Below are positions 9,628-20,143 of a DNA stretch of 64,000 nucleotides, in pieces. The notes below the pieces were generated by a model that made no database searches, was not told where the DNA came from, and saw only the letters and a list, made by a program, of their open reading frames with translations. The translations under genes and the position numbers were made by a program. Origin of the DNA: Histomonas meleagridis 2922-C6/04-290x. Its lineage: Eukaryota > Protista > Parabasalia. Position 1 is the first letter of the stretch. Each line of letters begins with the position of its first letter. Location: assembly GCA_020184695.1 (NCBI GenBank), contig JAANOX010000153.1:744001-808000 (forward strand), read 5' to 3'.

Positions 9628-12600
9628 AATTACTTGAAGATTAAGGTCAATTCCTTTTTGTTCTTTAAGTAATTTAACAATATCAATATGATTATTTTCA
9701 TTTGCATATATTAATGCAGTTTTGAAACAAATGAATAAATTCTAAATGATTTAAACAAATGTTAAATTACAAAAAAGCTCATCAAATTAAACAAACAAAT
9801 ATCTTTTGTATTAAGATCAATTCCTTTATGTTTAAGAAGTAATTTAACAATATCAAAGTGATTATTTTCCGCTGCATACATAAGTACTGTTTTATATCAT
9901 TAAAATGAATTCCAAATTAATAAAATAAATATTAAATTCTTATAATAGATACGAAATTAAACAATTAATCATTATGAGCATTAACATCAATTCCTTTCTG
10001 ATCAAGAAGTAATTTAACTATATCAATGTGATTATTTTCATAAGCGATAAGAAGTGCTGTTTCAAATCATTTAAATAAATGTTAAATTTAAATGATAAAT
10101 ATTAAATCACTATAATAAATATCATATTAAAAAATTAAATATCTTTTATATTAATATCAATTTTGTCTTGTTCTAGAAGTAATTTAACAATATCAAAGTG
10201 ATTATTTTCAGCAGCATAAATAAGTGCTGTTTTATATCATTAAAATGAATTCCAAATTAATAAAATAAATATTAATATTAAAAAAAGTAAAAAAATGTTT
10301 TTTATATTAACATTAATTTCTTTTTGTTCAAGAAGTATTTTAACAATTTCAAAATAACCATTTTCTGCAGCATCTATAAGCGCTGTTTTAAATCATTATA
10401 ATAAATACAAAAGGATTTAAATATATCCAAAATTATATTAATAAATATTTTTTTCATTAATATTAACTTCATTTTGCCCAATAAATAATTTGACAATTTG
10501 AAGATTACCATTTTCAGATGCATACATAAATGCTGTATAAAATGATTATAATAAAAATCAAACACATAAAATATATATTAAATTATTACATTAAATATCA
10601 ATTTGTTTTAATAAACATCTTTTATATTAGAATTAATATTTTTTTGTCTGAGAAGTAATTTAACAATTTCTAAATAATTATTTTTAGTTGCATATATATG
10701 TGCTGTTTCAAATTAAGGAATTAAATTCCAAATGAATAAAACAAATAACAAAAAATTAAAATAAATATCGAATTTATCATATAAATATTTGTTTGATTAA
10801 TATTTATTTCTTTTTGTTGTAGTAATAATTTAACGACTTCAATATATCCATTATCAGCTGCATACATAAGTGCTGTTTCAAATCATTGGAATAAGCACCA
10901 AATTATAAAAGCGAACCAAAAATTATGTATACTAATATTAAATATAGTAAATAAATATTTGTTTCGTTAATATTAATTCCTTTTTGTTCTAAAAGTAATT
11001 TAACTACTTCAACATAGCCATTTTCAGATGCATACATAAGTGCAGTTTTAAATAATTTAAATAAGTTCCATATGATTAATATTGATATTAAATAATGTGA
11101 TTAAATATTTTTGGCATTAATATCAATTCATTTTTGTTCTAAAAGTAATTTAACTATTTCAACATAACCATTTTCAGATGCATACATAAGTGCTGTTTGA
11201 AACAATGAAAAGAAACACCAAATCAATGATATCACGCATTAGTTAATCGGAATAAACGCGAAAAATAATTAATTTATGTTTTTCATATTGATATCGATTT
11301 CCTTTTGTTGAATAGTATATTTTAATAATTCTAAATTTCCTGCATGAACTGATTCAAGGATATTAATTTTTATATTACTTTTATATTGTAAATACAATAC
11401 AAGAAATATATTTCCTGTTAATGCAGCATTTTCTAACATTGAACAATTGGTTTTCATTCCTTCATTTTCTAAAAATGAAAAAATTTCAAAATTATTATAT
11501 TTTACACATTGAATTCCTAATACAGCTAAATCATTAATTTTTATCATATTCTTTTCATAGAAATAATGAAAAACATCATTTCGATGGAATTTAATTGCTG
11601 TTTCATAAACATCTTCAAATTTCGTATGATACTGTTCACATAAATGAATAATTTCTAAGTTTCCACCTGCAATTGCATATTTACCTGTTTTATTTACAGT
11701 AGCTTCATTCATAAGTAAATATTTAAAACATTTTTCTGCAGAAAAAAATGCTGCATAATCAATTAATGTAACATTCTTTTGATTAATAAATGAACATCTT
11801 TCATAAAGTGATGGTTCAATTGTTTGATTAAAATCAAAATTTGGTTGTGATGATATTTCTTGAAGTTTTTCAATTTCATCATTTCGAATGATTTTTGATA
11901 TTTTACTTGGATTAACTCCTTCTTTAATGTATTGCTTATGAAGTTCCCAATCATTCTTTGAAAGTTCATCAATGTTTGTAATGAATTGTCGGTAAAAGAG
12001 TGGTTGGTTATAATATGTAAGAGTATTACTTCTTTTAATTTGTTCTTTTGTTTTAAAATAACAGAAATAAAACGAATCTTTATGTTGAACAATTTCTTGA
12101 TCAATTAATTCTTGTTCTATCAACTTTTGAAGAAGATAATTTGATTCTTGTGTATTACATTTGATTACCAAAAACAGAAAATATTTGTGAACTTTTTGCT
12201 TCTAATTTTTCATGTTTTTCGATTTCTGTTAAATATTCAAAGAAAACATTAAATTCTTCTTTTCTTGACATAAAAGAATAATAAACAAAACGACATATTG
12301 CAAAATTAAATGAGTATGGAAAAGATCGTTGGAATAAACTCATTGTGTTTTGAACGGATATATCAACATTTGATTTATTTAAATTGTCTATTATATTTTC
12401 AATATTTATCATACTTTGAAGTTGGGATTTTTTTTCTTCAAATGTTTTTGTGTCCTTTTTATGAGATACATTATCTTCATTAATGTCTGATTGATTTCTT
12501 TCATCAGTTGAATCACTTTGAGTTTTTTGAAAATTGTAAAAATTTATTAACATTCGATTTTGATTGATTAAAACATTAATTAAAAGAATAAATAGATTAA

Positions 12601-12763
12601 TAAGTTTGGAATTACTTTCATTGTGAAATATTTTGAGAAAAGTTTTAATTTGATTATGAAAGTTCTTTGTTTGTTCTTGACCTAGAATTAAACAGCCATC
12701 TTCTATACTTTTGGCGTATGTGAACAGTTTATAGAATTCTGGTATGTTTTCGTAATTTTCCAT
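9628..12763 (-). pseudogene. DUF3447 + ankyrin-repeat gene, locus A (10 interrupted ankyrin repeats; probably damaged)
   Basis: DUF3447-type core (PSLYERCSFINQKNVTLIDYAAFF...YAIAGGNLEIIHLCEQ) split by +1 T in a T5 run near 12171. It is followed by ten 93-nt ankyrin cores such as KTALMYASENGYVEVVKLLLEQKGININETN. One in-frame TGA at 11128-11130. The 3' end is unresolved. Confidence 0.8.
9724..11277 (-). other. Ten clusters of 17-nt intervening elements separated by single codons (locus A)
   Basis: Inter-repeat distances from after the Ile codon to before TTT are 72, 51, 71, 71, 71, 51, 57, 71, 71, 71 nt, i.e. 11+20n with two exceptions (72 and 57). 37 elements: 36 are 17 nt and one is 18 nt. 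Confidence 0.8.
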
Positions 12764-13605
12764 TGATGAAACCTTATTCAATGTTTAAACTGACAAGAAT
12801 AAAAGTGCTATATGGTAGGCACGTGTCTTTCAAATTTTGATTGGTTTCAACGGCTGCTGACGAAAAGTGCCTGACTTCACTTTCTCCACTTTTTGAGTGA
12901 AATCATAAAATTTTTTGTATGAGATTCAAAAAGTGAATTTTACAACGAGTAGAAGAAAATTTTATATGAGAGCTATCAAAAAGTGGGCTTTGTACTGAAT
13001 TTTTAATTTCTTTACTTTTTGATACAACATTGAAAGTCATGACTTCCCGAAATACAAAAAGTCGATGGTATAAACTTGTCAAAAAGTTAATAATGTAAAT
13101 AACATAAAAAGTCGCTGGGTAAATAAATCAAAAAGTTATCGAAGACGTTCGTTTTTCATATAAAATTAGACGAATTAATCTTAATTGTAGATTTTCAACA
13201 AACAAAAAAAAAATATATCGTATATTGTAATATATCCATGAATATATAAAAATTTACATAAAAATTGAATAGCCAACTTATAATAGTATTATAAATCGAC
13301 AGAATGTAATAAATTTGAAAATAAATATACGAACCTCATGAAGTATGGTTTGGTGAAATGCATTCAAAATTCCAATGAACAACTCATTCTTTAAAAAGTA
13401 CATTAAAAATATGAATATATTTGAAAATGATATAAAACATGAATGAAAATATTTACACAAAATATCAATTTATTTATAAAAAATTTTCTTCTTAAAGAAG
13501 AAAATATTCAAAACATTTTTCCAAAATTCTAATTTTTATAACAACCAAATGTTTTCAATTCACAAAATATTTGCATTCACATAATTTTATGTTTTTATTC
13601 TGTTT

Positions 13606-14952
13606 TTATAGCCATTGATCTTTTTCATTAGTTGCTAATTCTTGGAATGTTCTATCGATTTGTTTTGCTTCGATTATTCCTTCTGATTCTGTTTTTGCTT
13701 CTTTTGCTAAGTGCTTCATTTTTTTATTTCTCTCCATAAATATAATAATTCCAACAATAAGAAGAATTACGAAAACTGATGAACAAATTATTGCTATCAT
13801 CGTAATTTTGGAAATATTTTTCGAATTATTTTCATTTTGCAAATCGGAATAAATAATATAATCAGTATAATAACTGATACAAGTTGAAAATCGAACAATT
13901 CCAAATAAATAACTTACGAATATTGTGGGAAAGTAATAAATACTTGAACCAGAATATGAAATAATAAATGTATTAACATGTGATATATTTAATATAGTTA
14001 ATGAGATGGAAGGTGATATTGTAAATATTAATGAGAAGGAAAATTCAACAAATGAATGGGAAATGCTTCTTGTAAATGTATTACTCAGTGAATATGTATT
14101 TGATTGTGAAAATGTATTACTCAGTGAATATGTATTTGATTGTGAATAAGTACTACTCAGTGAATATGTATTAGATGGTGAAAATGTATTACTTTGTGAA
14201 TATGTATTTGATTGATAGAATGTATTACTTTGTGAATATGTATTTGATTGAGAGAACGTGTTACTTTGTGAATATGTATTTGATTGAGAATATGTATTAC
14301 TCTGTGAAAATGTATTTGATTGTGAAAATGTGTTTGATTGTGAAAATGTGTTTGATTGTGAATATGTGTTTGATGGTGTCGGCGTATATGGAAGTGTTGG
14401 AATCGGTGCGCAGCCTTCTGTCGGTGTGTCTTTGAGAGCTGTTAAGCCTCCAAACGTGTCACTAGAATAATAACTAAATACCATAACTGTCGTAGCTGGA
14501 ATACCACTAAGTCCCAAGGTATGAAATGATGGTTCTGTTGTTCCATAAAAATAAATACATTTAAGTGAATTACAGTCACCAAAAGCTAACATGTCAACCA
14601 TGGTAAGTGAACTTGGAAAAATAATACTTTCTAGTGAAGAACAACTATTAAATGCAAATGTTGAAATAAACGATAATTTTTCACCAAGTGTTAAATCTGT
14701 TAAAGATGTACATGTATGAAAAGCTGAACTTTCAATAGAATCAACAGTATTTCCAAGAAATACTGACTGCAATAAAGTCCAAGAGTGAAAAGCATCATAA
14801 GGTACTGAAGTAGCTTCAAAAACTAAAAGATGAAGAGTGTAATCTTTATATTGAGAATAATCAGTTCCATCATAAAAATCATTTATTATGAGTGTGGAAT
14901 TATCTGATATGAAATCCTGCTTTGAATAATAGAAGAAAAAAAATAGAAACAT
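13606..14952 (-). CDS. BspA-like (TpLRR) surface protein with Ser/Thr stalk and TM anchor
   Basis: Hydrophobic N-terminus, three TpLRR units (IESSAFHTCTSL; ISTFAFNSCSSL; VDMLAFGDCNSL), SQSNT repeats, C-terminal TM helix followed by RNKKMK. Confidence 0.88.
   Translation of the reverse strand: MFLFFFFYYSKQDFISDNSTLIINDFYDGTDYSQYKDYTLHLLVFEATSVPYDAFHSWTLLQSVFLGNTVDSIESSAFHTCTSLTDLTLGEKLSFISTFAFNSCSSLESIIFPSSLTMVDMLAFGDCNSLKCIYFYGTTEPSFHTLGLSGIPATTVMVFSYYSSDTFGGLTALKDTPTEGCAPIPTLPYTPTPSNTYSQSNTFSQSNTFSQSNTFSQSNTYSQSNTYSQSNTFSQSNTYSQSNTFYQSNTYSQSNTFSPSNTYSLSSTYSQSNTYSLSNTFSQSNTYSLSNTFTRSISHSFVEFSFSLIFTISPSISLTILNISHVNTFIISYSGSSIYYFPTIFVSYLFGIVRFSTCISYYTDYIIYSDLQNENNSKNISKITMIAIICSSVFVILLIVGIIIFMERNKKMKHLAKEAKTESEGIIEAKQIDRTFQELATNEKDQWL
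14073..14373 (-). repeat. 18-bp coding tandem repeat (S[Q/L]SNT[F/Y])n
   Basis: About 16-17 six-residue units in the translation. Confidence 0.9.
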
Positions 14953-15074
14953 GGAAAAAAGTTTTGAACAAAAGCCTTCCGAATTTTATTACAAAAAGAT
15001 ACATTAATCAACCGATTTGACTCAAAAATTGCTCACAAAAAATGGCATTTTTAATAATTGAAAAAAATAAATTT

Positions 15075-16220
15075 TTATTCATTTTTAAGTTTTCCTTCAA
15101 GAAAATTCCGCAGCCAATTTGGGGGTGTTTTTTGGTTTGGCTTTCCCTTATCTGTCAACAGCCCCTCCTTTATCAACCTTTTTCTTTCCAAAGCGACAGG
15201 GCCCAAACCCCATTTTTTCGGATACGTGCCTCTATCCATAATAACTCTTTTTATATTTGCAACAACGCCATGTTCCAAAGACATTATTAAATTCGAAGGA
15301 ATTTGTGCAATACCTAAAGCTATTGCTTCACCTTTTGTGGAAATTAAAATAATTAGTTCACCAGTTTCAATGTTTGGATCATATCGAATAATACCTGGAA
15401 TCATTACCTTGGCCCCATGACATACAGCATCGACACACGTGTCTTTGATCACGATTCGTTTGTATTCTGTTAACATCCACTCTAACGGTCGCACAACTCG
15501 TCTGATGTACGACTCGTCTTTGTGCTTGTCGAGAAGCCATTTGGAGTCCAGAACGTCGTACATGGTCACAAGGCCACTTTCTTCTGTGATGTTTCCTGTT
15601 CGTGTACGTCGAAGTTCTGCCATTTCTCCACCAACTTTACATACTAAACCTATATGTTCACAAAGAACTCGGATATATGTACCAGCTTCACATGAAACTC
15701 TGAGAATTGCAAGTTTTTGTTCTGGATCATACTCAACTATTTGATTGGAATATATATGACGAACACGAAGCTCTTTTTTGACAGCAGAAACTAATGGAGG
15801 ACATTGATAGACACGGCCTGTAAGGAATTTAACAGCAGACTCAAGTTCTTGGAGAGGAACTGTATCATGAAGTTTTAGTACAGTTACATATTCTTTGCCT
15901 GCATTTTGTTGTGATTTGGCTATACGAGTGGCTCTGTTGAGACAAATGATAAGAACACCAGTAACTTTTGGATCTAATGTTCCAGAATGACCGGTTTTAT
16001 CAACTTTTAAAATTTGTTTAACCCAAGAAACAATTTCGTGTGATGATGGATTAGCTGGTTTGTCAAGATTAATTACTCCGTATTTCAGATGTTCATTAAG
16101 TGGTCGTTTAAGTGGAGAATAACCATCTGGAAGAGCTGTAAAGCTCCCCGCTTTTACGCAAAGTTGAGTGTAGTTCTTCAAGAGCAAAGGCCATTTTGAG
16201 GTATCTGGGATTTCGCTCAT
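15075..16220 (-). CDS. CBF5: H/ACA pseudouridine synthase Cbf5/dyskerin
   Basis: WPLLLKNY, GVINLDKPANPSSHE, catalytic GHSGTLDPKVTG, EAGTYIR, PUA domain and YPKKWGLGP. First ATG is at 16220. Confidence 0.97.
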   Translation of the reverse strand: MSEIPDTSKWPLLLKNYTQLCVKAGSFTALPDGYSPLKRPLNEHLKYGVINLDKPANPSSHEIVSWVKQILKVDKTGHSGTLDPKVTGVLIICLNRATRIAKSQQNAGKEYVTVLKLHDTVPLQELESAVKFLTGRVYQCPPLVSAVKKELRVRHIYSNQIVEYDPEQKLAILRVSCEAGTYIRVLCEHIGLVCKVGGEMAELRRTRTGNITEESGLVTMYDVLDSKWLLDKHKDESYIRRVVRPLEWMLTEYKRIVIKDTCVDAVCHGAKVMIPGIIRYDPNIETGELIILISTKGEAIALGIAQIPSNLIMSLEHGVVANIKRVIMDRGTYPKKWGLGPVALERKRLIKEGLLTDKGKPNQKTPPNWLRNFLEGKLKNE

Positions 16221-16420
16221 TGGAGAGAAATCAGTGGTCAATACAAATCAAAACAAAGTTATTCAATTATATTTGATAAGTTTACATTGCACGTTATTTA
16301 TTTGAAAAGTGACAACAATCGCAAGCACAAGTGCTCAGATTTCAATGTACTCAAGTATCCAAGAGTAAATATTTTATCGAAAAAAGAGATGTTTTCACAA
16401 ACAAAACGGAGAAAATCTGT

Positions 16421-17293
16421 TTACTTTCCGATGTGCGGTAATTGCATCAAAAGATTTCTGATACGGAGTTCAACACTTGGCATGTGCTCAGCGACTGTTA
16501 AACCAACAATGTCGAATTTCTCGTGAATTCCGTTGATAATTTCAATTACTTCTTTTGTGAATAATCCATTTGGATCCTTTCCTACTGCAGCAATAAGATC
16601 AGTGGGATCTATTACATCAAGGTCAAGATGAATTACAACGTGTTTAGCTTTGATGGATTCAAGGAATTTGATCACAGATTCTTTATCTTGGCGATATGCT
16701 TCAACAGAAATCGACCTTAAGCCGTAACCTTCCGAACGAGGAATGGCTGGGTTGTTAGGATCTGGACGAAGACCAACAATTATTGCTCGTTTTGGATCTG
16801 CAACTCCAGGGGCAGCCTCAATGAATTCTTTGTCTCCCTTCCCGCAAACAAGAGCAAGAGCCATTGCGTGATAACCAGTGTATGCATCTCCAGGTTCGCC
16901 CATATCTGGATGTGCATCAATCCAAACAACAGCATAATCGTCTGGGTGTTTGTTAATAAGATACTTGAAAGGAACAACACTGACTGAGCATTCTCCACCA
17001 AGTGTAACTATTCTTACTGGATTTGCTTCATTGATCATTTCAATTGCTTTTTTGTGTTGACGAAGAAGAACTTGTCTAGCAAAGATACCGTTTTCTGTTG
17101 CGACGTCATCAACATTCATTTCAACAGGGATAGTAATTTGTTTGTCTGTTTTTGGTGCAAGAAAGTTAAGCAATTGGGATCCGAGTACGTACCCTGTTGT
17201 TGCGTCACTGCGCTCGAGCTCAGGGCAATATGAGCAAATGTTATTTGTTTCACCCCCTTGCCATTGAGGGAAAACGACCCTTAAAGCAGACAT
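16421..17293 (-). CDS. Arginase/ureohydrolase-family protein, bacterial type
   Basis: RVVFPQWQGG N-terminus, LGGECSVS, WIDAHPD and HLDLDVIDP metal-binding motifs. Confidence 0.88.
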   Translation of the reverse strand: MSALRVVFPQWQGGETNNICSYCPELERSDATTGYVLGSQLLNFLAPKTDKQITIPVEMNVDDVATENGIFARQVLLRQHKKAIEMINEANPVRIVTLGGECSVSVVPFKYLINKHPDDYAVVWIDAHPDMGEPGDAYTGYHAMALALVCGKGDKEFIEAAPGVADPKRAIIVGLRPDPNNPAIPRSEGYGLRSISVEAYRQDKESVIKFLESIKAKHVVIHLDLDVIDPTDLIAAVGKDPNGLFTKEVIEIINGIHEKFDIVGLTVAEHMPSVELRIRNLLMQLPHIGK

Positions 17294-17479
17294 TCAGGAG
17301 AAGTGAAGTGAAAACCGCAATATTTATCGTAAGGTTATCAATTTTCAAACGAACCAGATTTTTAACTTTTTGTAAAAGGATATTGAATTCTGAAACTCAC
17401 ATTTTATGACAACGGTTTGACTTTTTGTATGATTTTACATCGTACTTAGATAATAATGTGAGCTGAACAGATAAGATAA

Positions 17480-18500
17480 AATTTAATTTGTTCAAGATCA
17501 AAAAGCATGCTGTTGATTTTTTATAAAATAATCAATATTATTGAATATTTTATGTTGAAACTAAAATATCAGACATATTAAAACACATTTTAGAGCAAAA
17601 AAAATGACATGAATTTATTTTATTTTGAAAAATATCTAAAAATTATGCAAATAATTCGATTCCTTCTTGTGAAACAATTGTTAATTTTGGTGTTGATCAA
17701 TATATATATATATATATATATATAAAATAATGAATTTTATATTAAGACGACGCAATATCTTATTCGCAAAATGGATATTCAAATTCCACCTTTTAAATCA
17801 TTTCAGAGTTCACGGATAAAGAAATTACCACAAAGATTCAGAAGAAAATAGAACATAACATTTTATAAGTTTGTAGTATTATACACAAATTCGAAGAAAA
17901 TTACATTTATAAATGTTATTTTATATATAATTTCTATCTATTAACAAAATATTAATTGCTAATTTAACCAATACAATCAATTGATTTCTTTCTTTTAGAT
18001 GTAAATTTTCACTGTGTACTCATTTTCCATGATATATCGGAATTCATTACATAAAATTTCTTCGCATAAACTCTTTAACATCTGCATATTAATATAAACA
18101 TCCCCCCCCCCAAGTTTCAAATTTAACTTTTTTGTATTATTTATATTGTTTATATTTGATAATCGGAGAACTTATCTTAATAGATCCTGTTCATTTTACA
18201 TAATAAGATTTAGAAAAAAATGCAAAAATAAAGTCAACTATTTGTTCATTAATATTTCGGTTGAGTTTTTTTTATTAATTTTTTTGAATTTGATTAATTA
18301 TATCATTAAATATAATAGGATCAATACTTTGTGCTTCAATGATATTTTCGTTAATATTATTAAGTGCACTTAATTCTTTATTCAACGATTTGATATTGAG
18401 TTCTTAAATTTTATATAAGAATTTTATACAATCTTATTGCTGAGATATGTCTTGTTTGATTTGTAAAATTATTGCTTTTCATCATTAAAGCTAAACTTGA
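17480..18500 (-). pseudogene. Highly degenerate DUF3447-family remnant
   Basis: Fragmentary minus-strand matches (AAAGGTGGAATTTGAATATCCATTTTGCGAA resembling GGNLxIIHxCE; KELSALNNINENII) among many stops. Boundaries are approximate. Confidence 0.3.
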
Positions 18501-18855
18501 ATTGAATCAACGAATTGATTGGAAATCTTTTTGATAATTTCCTGGGCTGCTTGGTTTTTCATATCTACATTATCACTATTCATATAAGCAAAATGACTTT
18601 GAAGTGTTGAATTTTTTCTCCATTTCAAAAATAGGTTTTTTAAAGTTACATCACTTTGAATTTGTTTGCCTAGTTTATTTTCGGTTTAACTCAACCAATA
18701 TTTTGAGAGCTTTATCTAAAAAAGACTTTTTGGCTGTTCAAAGCTATCGTTTTAGTCAAATGAATAGCATTTGATCGCATGAAGCGGTTTCACCTTCCAT
18801 TATTGTGTTGATTTTATTCGTTACATTGAATTTTTTGCCCTTTAAAGGGGTTTGA

Positions 18856-18863
18856 AAAGTGAC
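18856..18863 (+). promoter_or_regulatory. AAAGTGAC promoter motif (trichomonad type)
   Basis: Lies just upstream of the ATG at 18876. The same octamer recurs near 16306, 25466 and 26681. It is a known overrepresented Trichomonas upstream motif. Confidence 0.5.
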
Positions 18864-18875
18864 ATAGCCAAATAG

Positions 18876-19628
18876 ATGGAACCATTGAAAACCCTCGAGC
18901 AAGAAATCCAAAAATATTCTGGATTTCCAAATGATGAACTTGCTGAAAAATGCTCAAAAGTCGTTACTAAGCTAAGTGATGAAGCTCAATGTTGCGTTGG
19001 ACTTTTCTTTGCTATGAGCGATGATGAAGATACACAAGCAAAATCTAGATCAATATTATCTAGACTAAGAGACAAACATGATAAATCACCACCATACATG
19101 CTTTTAAAGTGGATTCTTCAAATTCAAAATGAAAAAGATATAAATGGAAATATTGAAAAACAAATTGAAGACTGGGCTGGGAAGCATCCTGACAATATCA
19201 TATACTCAAGGGCTGTTCTTTGGTTAAAGTCACGATCAAAGGATAACATAGAGTTAATTGGATTTTACGTTCAACACTTAGAAAACTTTTGGAAAGATGA
19301 CCTTTCTTGGGGAAGGCTTGGGGAGCTCTATGCCAAAGAAAAGTTATATGAAAGATCTACTTTTTGTTTTGATGAAGCAATTGGAATTGATCCAAACTGC
19401 AGTGAATACTATAAAAATGCTGCAAAATACCGCCTCATGATAAACAGTGACGATGAAGAAACTCAAAAGAAGAGAAATGACATTGCAATCAAGCAACTTT
19501 GCCGATGCGTCACAATGAATGAAAAAGACACTGAAGCTTGGAAATTGCTTATAGAAAACACAACTGACAAAGCTAAAAAGGACAAGTATACTGCATACGT
19601 AAAATCATTGAAGTTAGTAATTGAATAA
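18876..19628 (+). CDS. TPR protein, EMC2-like
   Basis: SWGRLGELYAKEKLYERSTFCFDEAIGIDPNCSEYY resembles the EMC2/TTC35 TPR (W..LAELY......A.FC.EE). Confidence 0.6.
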   Translation: MEPLKTLEQEIQKYSGFPNDELAEKCSKVVTKLSDEAQCCVGLFFAMSDDEDTQAKSRSILSRLRDKHDKSPPYMLLKWILQIQNEKDINGNIEKQIEDWAGKHPDNIIYSRAVLWLKSRSKDNIELIGFYVQHLENFWKDDLSWGRLGELYAKEKLYERSTFCFDEAIGIDPNCSEYYKNAAKYRLMINSDDEETQKKRNDIAIKQLCRCVTMNEKDTEAWKLLIENTTDKAKKDKYTAYVKSLKLVIE

Positions 19629-20143
19629 TTGCATTTACTATATGAATAAATCTAAAATCCAACCCACAAAATGAATGAAAAGTAAATGAATTGTAAATAT
19701 GTGATATTATATGAAACATTAATGTTCATACATTTAGTAAACTTTCAAATTATTATAAGATTAAGTTAAATTATTCATTGCATGGATATTGTTATTAATT
19801 AGGTGATTCTGTTTTATTGAGATTTTTTGCATTTTTTTGGGGTTCGTGAAATCGATAAATTTGAGTGAAAATTGATCGTATACTATACATCGGACGTTTA
19901 TTTTATATTAAAAACTGGCTTATCGTTTCGATTATTTCTCTTCAGTTTCCTTTTTTTTTTACAATTTTTCTACAGTTATTATTTATAATTATCATAAAGA
20001 TTTGCTGGAGAAAGTGGATATAAAACTTTTTAACATTAAATTTCCTTTTTTAGGGTTAAACACCAAAAAGCATGACAACAGTTGTGTCCTTTGAATGACG
20101 GTTTTGACACGAGTTAAATGGTCAGACAATTCGACTTCATATC

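Noticed and set aside
13278-13460. Minus-strand GILNAFHQTILHE resembling an interrupted ankyrin start
   Set aside because: Spacing is 15 nt rather than 17 and no ankyrin core follows.
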